From positions 38,856,273-38,920,272 of the forward strand of contig NC_068986.1 in the NCBI RefSeq assembly GCF_001194135.2: a stretch of DNA of 64,000 nt. The letters run 5' to 3'. The stretch's first letter is position 1. Each line of letters opens with the position of its first letter. Both the position numbers and the translations under genes were made by a program. The notes under the pieces are model-generated. The model saw nothing but the letters and a program-made list of their open reading frames with translations. It searched no databases and had not been told where the DNA came from. Shown here in pieces: positions 41,201 through 53,600 of this stretch. The stretch comes from Octopus bimaculoides. Lineage: Eukaryota.

Positions 41201-44200
41201 ATAGCAAAACTAATAGACAAGAAAATATGACATTCAGAAACGTTCAATTCTATTTATACATTGGCAAACATATTTCTTTTAGCTTGTACAAGAAAAGAAT
41301 GACACAGAGTATTACTAGTTGAAAGCAAGTGTGTTAAGGAACCAACTGCATGGAGGAGTTAACCAACTAAGAATACATAGATGAAACTAAGACTAACCTT
41401 CATCAAACCTGCAAAAGAACCAGTTATAAAAATGACTGGATAATATACCAAGAGAACAGAGAAATATCAAAGAAAACTTAAAGATCACAAGATAGCTACT
41501 TTAACAGTAGAAGGAAACAAACCAATTTCATACATTCTTCTGTATTGTCTGAACCTGTATTGGCAGAAGCAGAGTGAAACCTGCTTCCATTTTCATATAG
41601 ATTGGAAAATGGTTGTCAAAAATGGGAAATAGAAAAATTAGCTTTCTTTGCATATTATAACAATTCTATAACCCAAATTACTAAAAATTCCTGAAACTTG
41701 TTTCTATTTAACTAATTTTTAAACATTCTTTGAAAAGAATTCTGATAAGGCTACTTTGCCAAGATAATCTTGAAAAAAATTATATTATGTTCTGGAATTT
41801 TTCTTGTAAAAAAGAAATCCTGAAGAACAAATCTTGAAGAATTGGTGCACAGCAATGTAGGGATCCTTCTCAATTTCAGACAGTATATCGTGTATATCAT
41901 GGAGCTTCAAGCAATGAAGTTGCATGAAGAAATAGAAAAGTAATTAGTTCTGCTAGATGGTAATCATTAGAACGACAGTCTTCATATAATTACTGTTGCA
42001 GAAAAATTGAAGAGAAAAAACAGAAAAGACTGTAAAAAGCAGGTAAGTAGTCCAAGTGAAAGGATACTAGAACAAAACACAACTATAGCCTAGGGCCTAA
42101 GGATTTTCAATGAAGACAAAGTATTTCAATAAGACAGATGGTTTTCCTATGGCTCAGACTACTATGATAGTGATAAAAAAAATATAGTCTTCAAATATGA
42201 GAACAATACTCTATTGCATAATGTACTTTGGATTTTTGGTGACAAAGAGATGATCCCTTTTACATGGAGAAATGCCATATAAAACACACCAGTAATACAA
42301 AAGATACAATATATATGGTTTTTCTTACTTAGCTCTCAAAACTATTGATTGAAAGAAGTATGATTACACTATTTCACATTATTGAACTGTAAATCTAAAG
42401 AGTGAAATTCTCAATAATTTTTATAAAAATGAAATTAAATCACATTAAAGAAAGATTCTACAAATCAAAACCAAGCAAAATTAATTTAATTTCAATCTCC
42501 TCATATCTACATTGCCTACAATCATGTAATATAGGTAACAGATGTACTAGTTTAAATAAACACTTATTGATTCAGCCAAATTTATATATAATGAAATACT
42601 ATATACAGACATACAAACAGAAGTGTGGGTGTACACACACACACATTTTAAAACAAAAACAAGACCAAAATCTATATTACTAGAATCTCCAATTTTCATA
42701 AACTACAATATAATTTATCACACATTTGCAACGAATTAACATGCAAGTAGGAAATGAATCACTAAAACTACAGATATTATTTCCTTAGTATATTTCAATT
42801 TTTTTTTCTCAAAAGACAAGTGCTAAATTTTTACAGATACCAAACAAATCAATTTATATTAACTAAAGTTTTAAGAGAGAATGTCTGGTTAAGTTTGTAA
42901 ATTTACATGTGCATTGTTTAATGAACATATAGTTTGAAAATGACATACTTTACTCTGCTGATCAGAGTGAATCACAGTTCGATTACTTTTGTCAGTCATT
43001 ACTGGCTCAAACAGTATTCACTTCATCCAGTTCAGAAAGACAAGGTTTACGGCTCCTTACAAAAAGCCATTTGTTTATTAGTACATTTGTTGCATCAGGA
43101 ATTAACTAACTAAAATACTGAGACAGCATGTTTGTGAATAGGTCTATAAATAAATTTATATATGGATATATTTATGCCAGTGACACATAAAAGATACTCG
43201 CAACACTCTCGGAGTGGTTGGCATTAGGAAGGGCATCCAGTCATAGAAACCAAACCAAATTCAGACTGGAACCAGGTGTAGTTCTCTGGCTTACCAGTTC
43301 CAGTCAAGCCATCTAACCCATGTCAGTATGGAAAGCAGACGTTAAATGAAGATGATGATGTTTTATGAATATTCTGCAGAATGATTCTTGTGCTTTAACC
43401 ATGTGGTTTACTTGCACAACAACCTAAATGTATACTCATTAAATGTATGTGTCCAATATTCAACTAAATGGAAAGCTATTATTACCAAAGTCTGGTTGAT
43501 CTGAAGCAGATGCATTTCAATATCACTTCTGATGTGCCATTTCAACACAGAATCCAGGCTAAGACTCAAAGCTCAAAGATTAGTGATAGCCTTCATAATA
43601 AAAATTATATTTAAATGCTGAGAACACAACATAAATAGGAAACTAAGTTCAGACAAGTGTTAATAAAGTTGAAAATTAAAGGTATCAATCACTGCTTGCA
43701 GCAAAAGAGATTCAGCTGGCAGCAAAGATATGTGATGAAAACAAATGAAAGTAATCTGATGATCCAAAATAACATAAAGCAAAGTGGTAGCTAATTTTCA
43801 AATCAACCAGTAAGCAAGCATCAAAAAATATCAGCGATGAAGATTTAGCAAAACATCTAATAAAGACCCCCCCCCCCTATAGATTTTCAAAATATATTTA
43901 GAAACGTTATAATTGTATATGACAAAAGCACAGTAGCTTTGTAGACCACAACATAAAGCTCATTATTTACTTCATAATTCAGCACCCTCGAACCACCAGC
44001 AACACTGACTGCAGTGAGGATATATCTCATTTCCCCGCTTTCAAGACAGCCTCCCCCATCACTTCAATGCTCACAATTCCACTTTGCTCTTATGCACATT
44101 TCATATCTATACCACTGATGCACAAAACAATTCTTTTTGCAATTCTCAGTTTACCACATCCCCTACACACATCCCAGACTGACAGACATACATTATAAAC

Positions 44201-47200
44201 ACCCTTGATCACTTTCTTTCCTCCAAACCTCATCTCTACACCACAACTGTCTTAGCATCTATCAGGTCTTTTGACTATTATCTCAATACATCTACCCAAT
44301 ATGCATCTAGATATAAACAATACTCCACCCCACTTGGGACTTATGTCAGTTGGCTACATCACATATGCAACAAAAACTTAAATGTTCCAAACAGTTCCCT
44401 AAGTACTCACAGCCACAGAAAAAAAACAAGACCTACAACATTTGAAGAAATTCATCGTTTATCCAGCACTACAACTCTTACATGACCACTACCCAATCTA
44501 TGAAGAATATTCCCATCCATCACACAGTCCTCTAGTTATCCTACCTCCCAAACTGCTAGTCAATCATTTTAGTCCCTTGCCAAAAGAATCTCCATCACCT
44601 TCCCACATTAATATTCCACTTCTCAACAACAATGGTTCTATAAGCAGTTCCTGGCAGAGAAAATTTCCACTTTGGCTGCCTGCTTTGCATCCATCTCCAC
44701 ATTGCACATTTGTAAATCTCCAAATCTATTTTCTCCACTCACCCTCAGGTTCACATCTTACACACATACCAAATGCGAAAGTACTTCCAGTTGTTTCAAA
44801 CCTACAGGCCATCAACTCTCAATGTCCCTTTCTTTACCCTTAAGCATTGTGCCTCAAAACTAGCCCCAATACTCATTAATCTCTTCAATCCCTTCTTCTT
44901 TCAAAACACACTTATAGTGTATATCATTCCCAAGAGAGGCAACTCCTCTAAACCTACTATCATCTTATCACTCACTATACTGCAAAAGTAATGGAGACAG
45001 CCAATACATTGACCAACAGTTCAGATTCTGTAAAGACATATCTACAGGGGACCTGCTCTGCTTTGTCACTCACCATTAGATCTCACCCAAGAGAAATTTG
45101 ACAAAAGCAACTTATTAGCAATATCATCATCAACATCAGCAAAGATTTCAACCATATTTAGCATGCACGTCTCCTATTGAAACATTCTGCCTATGGGCCC
45201 CACCAGTTATCTCTGGGATCAAAAGCTTCCTGTCGGATAATATCATTGCAGTGTACTGAAAGAGGTCTTTCTGATCTATTCTACCATCTCTGATGTGTCC
45301 CAAGCTTTGCTTTTCCTCCCACCACTCTCACTCTTCCTTCAATACTTCAATGACTTAATTGCTGTCATGTCTGACAAATCCTACTCTTTATGCAGATGTT
45401 ACTACCCTCCATTCTTCCCTAACCTCCCCCAATAATGCATCATCCACACAAAACTTAGACACCACATGCCAAACTAACAGTTTCCATGAACAGAGAACTT
45501 GAAAGCATCCTCCAATATGAATGTGCAAATCTAGTCTCTTTCAACAGCAAAAAAAACTCATATCAACAAAACAACATTACGCAACATTTCCCTTAAACAT
45601 TAGCAACATGCAACTAGAGCTCTCAAAATTATTCCAAATGATAAACCTCACCATCACCAAAGATTTCTCCTGGCAAAAGCACATCCTTCTACTGACACTA
45701 CCAAGGTCAAGTGAGACCCACAATAGGATATTGCTCCTACACTTGAGATGATGCTGTTGCTACAGGTCCTCATTCCAGACGTCAAAGAACAGTGACAGAA
45801 GACTTGAAAATGAAATCATACTGAGACCTGTGAGGCACCTTGTTACTCAAGGACAAAAGGTTAGAAGGTTGGAGAGAGTGAAGATCATTTCCTTCATTGG
45901 ACACTAAACTCTGCTTGTGAAGATCTGTTGACGCAAGTGAAATCGAAATCAAACTCGATGACCGGCATCCGTGCTAGTGGAGTGCTAAGAGCACCATCCG
46001 AGCATGATCGTTACCTGAGCAGCTGACTGACTTCCGTTCCAGCGGAACGTAAAAAGCACCATTCAAGCGTGATCGTTACCAGCGTCGCCTTACTGGCACT
46101 TGTGCCGGCAGCACGTGAAAAAACATTCGAGCGAGGTCATTGCCAGTGCCGCTGGACTGGCTCCTGTGTAGGTGGCACATAAAAAACACCATTTGAGTGT
46201 GGCTGTTGCCAGTACCGCCTGACTGACCCTTGTGCCGGTGGCATGTAAAAGCACCCACTACACTCTCAGAGTGATTGGCATCAGGAAGAGCATCCATCTG
46301 TAGAAACTCTGCCAGATCAGATTGGAGCCTGATGCAGCCATCTGGTTTGCCAGTCCTCAGTTAAATCATCCAACCTATGCCAGCATGAAAAGTGAACATT
46401 AAACGAACGATTATGATGAGGATGTGCACACAAACAGACGCAACAGCCATGTTCTGTCTCCAGATCCTCATGAGAGAGTCAAAAATATCATTTTCATGTG
46501 CAAAAGCCCTGCTATAATGGTGATTTTTGCCTGTGTGGCCTCTAATGGTAAGATGCTATTGATTATCTTTGAGAAGGTTGAGGGACTGACAGAAATTTGT
46601 TATGTTCAGGTTTTGAAAGATGTAAAAGACCCAGATTCTTTCTAAATATCCTGAGCAAGAGATGAGAGAAACACCAACAAGATCACTAATAACTATTCCA
46701 GTCCTTTATGAACTCTCAATCCTGAGCTATGGTTATTCATGAAAATATCATTTTCATCCATGATCAACTTCACCACGATTCTTTTGGAGAGCTTGGAGTG
46801 ATCAACATCTTTTGTTGCTCAAAGTAGAGCCCAATAGCATTGGAAAATCCTCAGATAATTCCATTAAGTTGTCTTTGAACATTCCTGAGCTACAAAGATT
46901 TGTCGCTGAATCTAAAATTTGGACAATTTTGCTGATACACCCGGTGTGTGTGTGTGTATATATATATATCACATTTCAACGTCTTCATTTACAAAATTAT
47001 TCAACTTGTACAACTTTTCTCTAATAGAAAAACTGATGGAAAATCATTTTAAAAACCTTTTCTTTACCTTAATGAACAATCATATAAATTTTTGTCAACT
47101 ACATTCAGGTAACATAAATAGAAAAACAAAAATAAAAACTTTCAGATTTCTGCATATTCAGTCAAAAGCTAATTCAATACAAAAATGTGTTCACCACTAC

Positions 47201-50200
47201 CTGCTAAACCTACCCAATGAAATCAGTATTCACAACTTAGCTTCTGCTTTGTTGAATGCAAAATGTTCTATTTATATTATCAATTTATGTTTTATGACTC
47301 ACTCAATCAGGTGGAAATTCCCAGCCTGTAATGAAAGATAAAACCCACTCCTAAACATCTGCATTTAGTAACATTACCTGAAAATGGTTTAAATATTCTT
47401 ATAACACTAATGCCATCAGAAATGATGACATGAAAATGATACAGAAAATAAAATTAAAATATTACAACCTTTATCTTAGCAATTGCTTCAACACCACGTT
47501 TCTAGTGAAAACCCTACCACCAATGAGTTCACCTTGTTTTGGATGGTTCTTTACTAACATTTTAATATTGTTACTGCTGACACATGAAATGTTTCGAGCG
47601 AGATCGTTGCCAGTGCCCCTGGACTGGCTCTTGTGCTGGTGACACATGAAATTTCTTCGAGCGAGATCGTTGCCGGTGCCCCTGGGCTGGCTCTTGTGCG
47701 GGCGACACATGAGGTTTTTCGAGCGAGATCGTTGCCAGTGCCCCTGAACTGGCTTTTGTGTGGGGTTGTTGTAGGATTTTCGAGCGAGATCGTTGCTGGT
47801 GCCCCTGGACTGGCTCTTGTGCGGGTGACACATGAGGTTTCTCGAGCGAGATGAGCGTGGCCGTTGCCAGTACCGCCTGACTGGCCTTCGTGCGGGTGAC
47901 ACGTAAAAGCACCCACTACACTCTCTGAGTGGTTGGCGTTAGGAAGGGCATCCAGCTGTAGAAACTCTGCCAAATTAGATTGGAGCCTGGTGTTGCCATC
48001 CGGTTTCACCAGTCCTCAGTCAAATCGTCCAACCCATGCTAGCATGGAAAGCGGACGTTAAACGATGATGATGATGATGCTGATGACTTCTACTAAATGC
48101 AACATAAAGTTGTCCATGGCTGAATACTGGTGATAGTAGGATGATGCCAACATTATTGAAGCTCTGCCTTTGTGATTTGTTTATCATCATCATCATCATC
48201 GTCGTCGTTTAACGTCCGCTTTCCATGCTAGCATGGGTTGGACGATTTGACTGAGGACTGGTGAACCAGATGGCTACACCAGGCTCCAATCTGATTTGGC
48301 AGAGTTTCTACAGCTGGATGCCCTTCCTAACGCCAACCACTCCGAGAGTGTAGTGGGTGCTTTTACGTGCCACCGGCATGAAGGCCAGTCAGGCGGTACT
48401 GGCAACAGCCACGCTCAAAATGGTGTATTTTACATGCCACCTGCACAGGAGCCAGTCCAGTGGCACTGGCAAGTCAGTGCAAATGCTGGGATAACAAGAA
48501 ACTGTCGTCTACTCATACTAAAAGGAAGGGTTGTCTCACTGGGACAGAGACTGATGTGCAGAATAAAGGCAGCCTCTCCTTTCTTACTTCCACTAAGTAT
48601 TTTTCCATGAATGAAAAAATCCTTGATGGACAGCATTAAGATCCAGGTCCCACTGAGTAAATCTCTCATAGAGTTCAACTGAAATTATCAGTGAACTGAT
48701 AACAAACAATATATACTATAAATATACACACACACACACACTGGAACCAAAATATTAGAGCACATGATCTTCGTAAAATGTAAACAAAACATTTCACCTG
48801 TGAAACGATTCTTCTGATTGTCCTCTAACCCTGTTTTATAGGGAAGCCTCTGCAGGCATATATAATATATATATGTAATGTGCCGGACATGATAGTATCG
48901 ACAATTTCTAACTAACTGTTCTTTTCAATGATAATCCTGTTAATATTTTGAGAAGAACCTTTCCCAAGGTCTTATGTTGGAATAAAGAATACATATTTGA
49001 TTGTTAACTTTGTTATATTTCCTTCATTACTATATATATATGTATATCTATATATACAAAAATAAGAGGGATGATCAGCAAAAGTGGACTCCTATATGCT
49101 AGAAATAGATGCCGAATCATCTAACCACGAAAAAAATATATGTTCTCTGAGAACNNNNNNNNNNNNNNNNNNNNNNNNNNNNNNNNNNNNNNNNNNNNNN
49201 NNNNNNNNNNNNNNNNNNNNNNNNNNNNNNNNNNNNNNNNNNNNNNNNNNNNNNNNNNNNNNNNNNNNNNNNNNNNNNNNNNNNNNNNNNNNNNNNNNNN
49301 NNNNNNNNNNNNNNNNNNNNNNNNNNNNNNNNNNNNNNNNNNNNNNNNNNNNNNNNNNNNNNNNNNNNNNNNNNNNNNNNNNNNNNNNNNNNNNNNNNNN
49401 NNNNNNNNNNNNNNNNNNNNNNNNNNNNNNNNNNNNNNNNNNNNNNNNNNNNNNNNNNNNNNNNNNNNNNNNNNNNNNNNNNNNNNNNNNNNNNNNNNNN
49501 NNNNNNNNNNNNNNNNNNNNNNNNNNNNNNNNNNNNNNNNNNNNTATATATATATAAATCCATGCAGGTGGCACATAAAAAACACCTTTTGAGCATGGCC
49601 TTTGTCAGTACCATGTGAATGGCCCTCGTGCCGGTGGTACGTAAAAGCACCCACTACACTCTCAGAGTGGTTGCCGTTAGGAAGGGAATCCAGCTGTAGA
49701 AACTCTGCCAGATCAGATTGGAGCCTGATGCAGCCTTCAGGCTTGCCAGTCCTCTGTCAAATCGTCCAACCCATGCTAGCATGGAAAGCGGACATTAAAT
49801 GATGATGATGATGATATATATACACACACACATAAATACATATATATGTATGTATGGTGAACACAACGCTCTCTTTACCACTTACTCTCTCTCATTCCTG
49901 TTACTTTCTCTCACTCCCTGTCAGTCATGGCTATTACTCTCATTACTTCTTTACTGAATTACTATTTTCTCTCCTCTCCCTTCACTTATACTATTCTTTC
50001 TCTCACAGGAAGGGCATCCAGCTGTAGAAACTCTGCCAAATTAGATTGGAGCCTGGTGTTGCCATCCGGTTTCACCAGTCCTCAGTCAAATCGTCCAACC
50101 CATGCCAGCATGGAAAGCGGACGTTAAACGATGATGATGATGATGATATATATATATATATAAAATATATAAAAACACTACACTCATTATTATATTAGAT

Positions 50201-50277
50201 AGATTAACTCACCATATAATCAATGCAGGTTTTTCTTATATCAGAATGCATTTCTGGATCTCCATAAACTTGGTCAG
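26896..50277 (-). CDS. OTUD5: OTU domain deubiquitinase 5 (DUBA), 8 coding exons; the N-terminal exons with the catalytic Cys were not found in window
   Basis: Exons 50277-50213, 40594-40438, 36934-36786, 35938-35876, 31341-31210, 29258-28949, 27630-27484 and 27050-26896 splice in frame. The product includes [60 protein letters not shown] and [15 protein letters not shown], all characteristic of OTUD5. Confidence 0.95.
27484..27630 (-). CDS. OTUD5: OTUD5 exon ([14 protein letters not shown]...[14 protein letters not shown])
   Basis: Acceptor ttcttatag, donor G|gtaagt, phase 1/1; ends like the vertebrate QQMSPSAFG segment. Confidence 0.88.
28949..29258 (-). CDS. OTUD5: OTUD5 exon with polyglutamine tract ([12 protein letters not shown]...[10 protein letters not shown]25[14 protein letters not shown])
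   Basis: Starts with the SATCSSA motif; 310 nt, phase 0 to 1, matching both neighbours. Confidence 0.88.
28992..29096 (-). repeat. Coding mixed CAA/CAG trinucleotide repeat (polyQ)
   Basis: Reads QQQLQQQQM followed by 25 Q in the OTUD5 frame. Confidence 0.9.
29660..29747. repeat. Perfect 39-bp-arm inverted repeat with 10-nt loop
   Basis: T11-TAAATAAATCCATAGGATATCATCATCA, then loop TCATCATCGT, then TGATGATGATATCCTATGGATTTATTTA-A11. Confidence 0.95.
31210..31341 (-). CDS. OTUD5: OTUD5 exon ([44 protein letters not shown])
   Basis: Near-invariant OTUD5 motif; acceptor ttctttcag, donor CCA|gtaaga. Confidence 0.93.
32640..33320 (+). mobile_element. Tc1-family transposon remnant (DD34E transposase pseudogene)
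   Basis: [17 protein letters not shown] and [14 protein letters not shown] motifs; I count 34 residues between the second D and E. It has internal stops and a right end in ...CTGTA. Confidence 0.88.
33321..34215 (+). mobile_element. Decayed DNA transposase of the [12 protein letters not shown] family (probably CMC-Chapaev3)
   Basis: Translates as [18 protein letters not shown]...GVFTGPQI...[10 protein letters not shown]...[14 protein letters not shown] with stops and frameshifts. The family name is from recall, not from a search. Confidence 0.7.
35876..35938 (-). CDS. OTUD5: OTUD5 exon ([21 protein letters not shown])
   Basis: 63 nt, phase 0/0, acceptor tatatttcag, donor AAA|gtaagt; resembles vertebrate FAEQSLMKNAIKTSEESWIEQ. 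Confidence 0.9.
36786..36934 (-). CDS. OTUD5: OTUD5 exon ([49 protein letters not shown])
   Basis: Contains the catalytic His loop HYNS; donor GGG|gtaagt. Confidence 0.95.
37705..40226 (+). mobile_element. piggyBac transposon remnant interrupted by an RTE LINE
   Basis: TTAA-CCCT left end at 37705 and degenerate ...AAGG-TTAA right end at 40223-40226. ORF 39442-39897 has [19 protein letters not shown]...[11 protein letters not shown]...NSYIIY and a Cys/His-rich tail, and an NAVLLLST-like motif lies just upstream. Confidence 0.75.
37995..39320 (+). mobile_element. 5'-truncated RTE-clade LINE (ORF2 C-terminus plus complete 3' UTR with (GAT)n tail)
   Basis: ORF 38155-38799 contains [45 protein letters not shown] and [10 protein letters not shown], all typical of RTE ORF2. 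It is followed by the repeat-bearing UTR and terminal stem-loop. Confidence 0.9.
40438..40594 (-). CDS. OTUD5: OTUD5 exon ([15 protein letters not shown]...PIEVYQYSL)
   Basis: Acceptor ttatttgcag, donor G|gtaagc; OTU core. Confidence 0.95.
43980..45790 (+). mobile_element. Highly decayed CR1/Jockey-group LINE reverse transcriptase
   Basis: [17 protein letters not shown]...[11 protein letters not shown], a YADVTTLHS (YADD-like) motif at about 45390, and many frameshifts. Confidence 0.65.
45960..46420 (+). mobile_element. RTE LINE 3' UTR copy with about 5 internal repeat modules
   Basis: Repeated GCACGTAAAAAGCACC and GCCAG..CTGGC modules, then the common core and tail. Confidence 0.8.
46425..46645 (+). 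mobile_element. Tc1/mariner-superfamily transposase fragment (maT-like)
   Basis: [10 protein letters not shown]...[24 protein letters not shown] resembles the catalytic-region signature, but only a short fragment is recognisable. Confidence 0.5.
47579..48078 (+). mobile_element. Young RTE LINE 3' UTR copy with expanded ~62-bp tandem modules
   Basis: Modules start at 47579, 47641, 47704, about 47765 and 47827, followed by the core and (GAT)n tail. Confidence 0.85.
48183..48470 (-). mobile_element. Young RTE LINE 3' UTR copy, inverted relative to 47579-48078
   Basis: Begins catcatcatcgtcgtcgtttaacgtccgctttccatgctagcatggg. Confidence 0.85.
50213..50277 (-). CDS. OTUD5: OTUD5 exon ([21 protein letters not shown])
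   Basis: Acceptor ttttgtttcctag, donor ATG|gtgagt; sequence is OTU-domain helix. Confidence 0.92.
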
Positions 50278-50446
50278 CTAGGAAACAAAATGATAAAAGA
50301 AATTACTCTAAATAACACTTATATAAAAATGAAAACTTCATACATAAAATTAACTACACAAATTAATAAGTCAAGAATTCAAAAAATTACATTTATTATA
50401 GCCTTATTTATTTAATTAAAATTATGCTTACAAGTAATCCCATATA

Positions 50447-50668
50447 CCCCTTTAGCATTTAAACCAGTCATATCCAGCCCACATATTCTACCTGTTTTAC
50501 ATTCAAACTGACCAGATCCAGCCTCTCACGCCTACCCTACAGTCTAAAAATAAACAACCACATCACAAAATTTTATTTTCAAGCTTCAAGTTAATGCATG
50601 ATAAATTCAAAACAATCTGAAATAAGCATTAACATTTGTCAGAGTAATAATATGAATGCTAAATGGTT
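50447..50668. mobile_element. MITE, degenerate copy of the 10880 family
   Basis: CCCTTTAGCATTT ... GAATGCTAAATGG, with the shared internal atattctacctgtttt motif. Confidence 0.65.
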
Positions 50669-53600
50669 TTACATATGTTTCTGGATGTATGTTTAGATAA
50701 TGATAGAAATTTAAAGTATTAGCAATTTAACAATTTTCAGGAAGGTCTTTCTTTGATTTTACCTGATAGAGTTAACCAACAGAGTCAAACCAATAAAGGA
50801 ATCTCTACATAGTTGCTTAACCTGCCTGAAACAACAGCCAACTCTCCCTCAGATCATGCTCAACTTGCATTTAAAAAAAATGGTATAAATACACTATGTA
50901 TAAAAAAAAGTGGGAAAGGGACAGATGGTGACAGCTGAAACAGTTCTGATCATAAGCTTTCTCAATCAGAGTTGACCTAAAGTTAAACAGGAACTAAACA
51001 AATTATTTTTCCTTTGGGGTGCAAAGAAATCAACCCCTGGACTTATTCCCTGTAAGCCTGGTGCTTGCTTATTTTATCAGTCGAACAGCTAAGTTATGGG
51101 GAGGCAAACATACCAACATTGGTTGTCAAGTAATGGTGGTGGTGGGAACCAAAAACAGACATGCATAAATATATACATACATATATGACAGGCTCCTTTC
51201 AGTTTCCATCTCCAAATTCACTCATAAGGTTTTGGTCAGCCTGAGGCTATAGTAGAAGACACTCTTTAAAGTATAGAGTTGAATTTTGTATAGCCACCTA
51301 TTGGCAATTTTTCTCCCCCACCCATTTTTCTGGACTCGTTTCACAGTTATTCCCCGTTCAAAATTTGCATTAGTTTTCGTATGAAAAAAAAAAAGAAAGG
51401 AGGGGAGCTTGTTTATAGTTTGTAGAGAAAACGTTAACCATGCCTGAAAAAAGAACATGGTCTTTCCCCACAACTAAAAGACATGAAGAACTATGAAAGA
51501 ATGCAAATAAGTACCAGGGGTGAGGAGAAAGAAGGGAACTAACACTCGATTATTCTAGAACCCCCAGAATAAAAACATAAACACCTGAAAGACTTTCCCT
51601 CTATTCATTACCAAATGTATTTCACTCTTCTTCATTGTTAAAAGTAAAAAAAGCTAGAAAAGATCGATCGTATTTCAGTCTAATTGTCATTGTAAATGAC
51701 TGATGCTTTCCTTTCTCTGTCTCTATTGCTTCACTCCTTTTCTCTAGGGTTAAGAGAGTGAAGGTGTGTGGCTCAGAGGTTAGGGTTATTCAGTCCATGA
51801 TCATAAAGTCATGAGTATGATTCCCAGTGGCACGCTGTGTTCTTGAGCAAGGTACTCTATTTCACCTTGCTGCAGTCCACTCAGCTGGCAAAAATGAGTT
51901 GTAGCTGTAATTCAAAGGGGCCAGCCTTGTCACATTCTGTGTGAGGCTGAATCTCCCTGAGAACTAATTTATGATATGCATGTCTGTGGAGCACTCAGCC
52001 ACTTGTGTGTTAATTTTAAGAGCAAACTGTTCTGTTGATCAGATAAACAGGAACCTCATCATCATAACCAACGGAGTGCCATTTTTTAAAAAGAGTGAAA
52101 GAAGAAAGAAAAGCAAATGTTCCATATCGTAAAGCAAAAATGTCATGTGTTTAGTATAAGCAGTGAAAGCTAAAACAAAATAATTGCTATTCCGTTATGT
52201 ATTCGTCCTCGACTCACACTCAGTTCGATAACAACAGCCTGTGCATTGGTGTTTATCCAGGGGCTTGGCCTCGAGATTTGTGGGACCCAGAAATGTTGCT
52301 GTTAGGACCAGATTAACACCCATAGTGACCCTAATGACTAAAAAGATTTTCCTGCCCCTATATAGGATCTTTTTTCATTTTCTTCCAACCACTTGAAGTC
52401 AACTTAGTTGATCAAAAGGAGTTGTAACTATAATTCAAAGGGCCCAGCCTTGTCATATTCTGTGTGAGGATGAATCTCTCTGAGAACTACATAAATGGTG
52501 TGCATGTCTGTGGAGTACTCAGCCACTTGTAAGTTAATTTTATCCTCGTGTGGTATAGGAAAGTGAAAGTGACATACAATATTTGCTGTAGTTATTTGTC
52601 TTTGATTTAACAAGGTGTCTGTGTATCAACTTTCCTTTCTGTCTATGTATCAACTATCTCCCTCATTTTCTCTCTCACTTGTGTCCCTCTTTGCTCCTGC
52701 TTTTAATTTAACAATGTGAATATGTATCTATGTATCAACTTTTCTTTCAATCTGTGTATCTACTTTCCTTGCGATGTGATATAAACATTTAAAAACACAA
52801 AACGAACATTGTTGCCTCTCACTCTCTTTTACTCTCTGTCCTGCTCTCTCCTTCTTTGCCACTCATTTCTTCCTTAGAAGTGTGACACACACCACAGGTA
52901 GGTACATACAAAAACAACAAGTTGGTGTATTAACATTATTGATATTAAAATATTTTCAGTACCACAGGTGCAGGCCTCTGGATAAAGACCTTAAAAGTGT
53001 TACCAAGTTCATGTTGATGCTATGTAAACAATATAAGTGGATATATATTGAAGTATGGTTGTGTGAGTAAGAGGTTCACTACCACATTCACTTGCAAGGC
53101 TTTTGAGTTCAATCTCACTACATGGCTCAGCAGATGTCTTCTAGCATAGCTCTGAGTGGATCAAAGCCTTGCAAATGAATGTGGTAGATTGAAACTGAAA
53201 AAGAAACCTGTTGCATGTGTATATATGTCTATATACAAGTATGTGTGTGTACATGCTCATGAGTGTGTCAGCATTTGTTTATATCTGCTGCATGCATTTT
53301 TGGAAAATAGGTAAGAGTTAGAATCAAGATTATACAGCTGTAAAACAAATACTTCAATAACATATTTGTAAAATTTGGAAACCAACTACAAGCTACTAAA
53401 AGACAAATATTTAAATATTATCCGAGTAACCCATCATTGCCAGACTTTTGGAATAACACATCCACATAAGTTGGATTTTCTGTCTTGATGGGGATTTTTC
53501 AAAATTTTTTTTTTTTCGTTTTGCACACCCTTGCAAATGATTGTGGGGGAGACCTTTTTATGAAAAAACATAGTTGAAAATTTAAATTTTTCACACACAA

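Noticed and set aside
47579-47860. Array of hairpin-containing repeats that superficially resembles CRISPR
   Set aside because: There are no unique spacers (the units are contiguous tandem copies) and no cas genes, the DNA is eukaryotic, and the array is part of the RTE 3' UTR.
47471-48009. Several 100-150-aa ORFs over the RTE UTR modules (also at 6066-6438)
   Set aside because: They reflect the stop-poor, GC-rich tandem module. They are open in several frames on both strands and are not conserved as a frame between copies.
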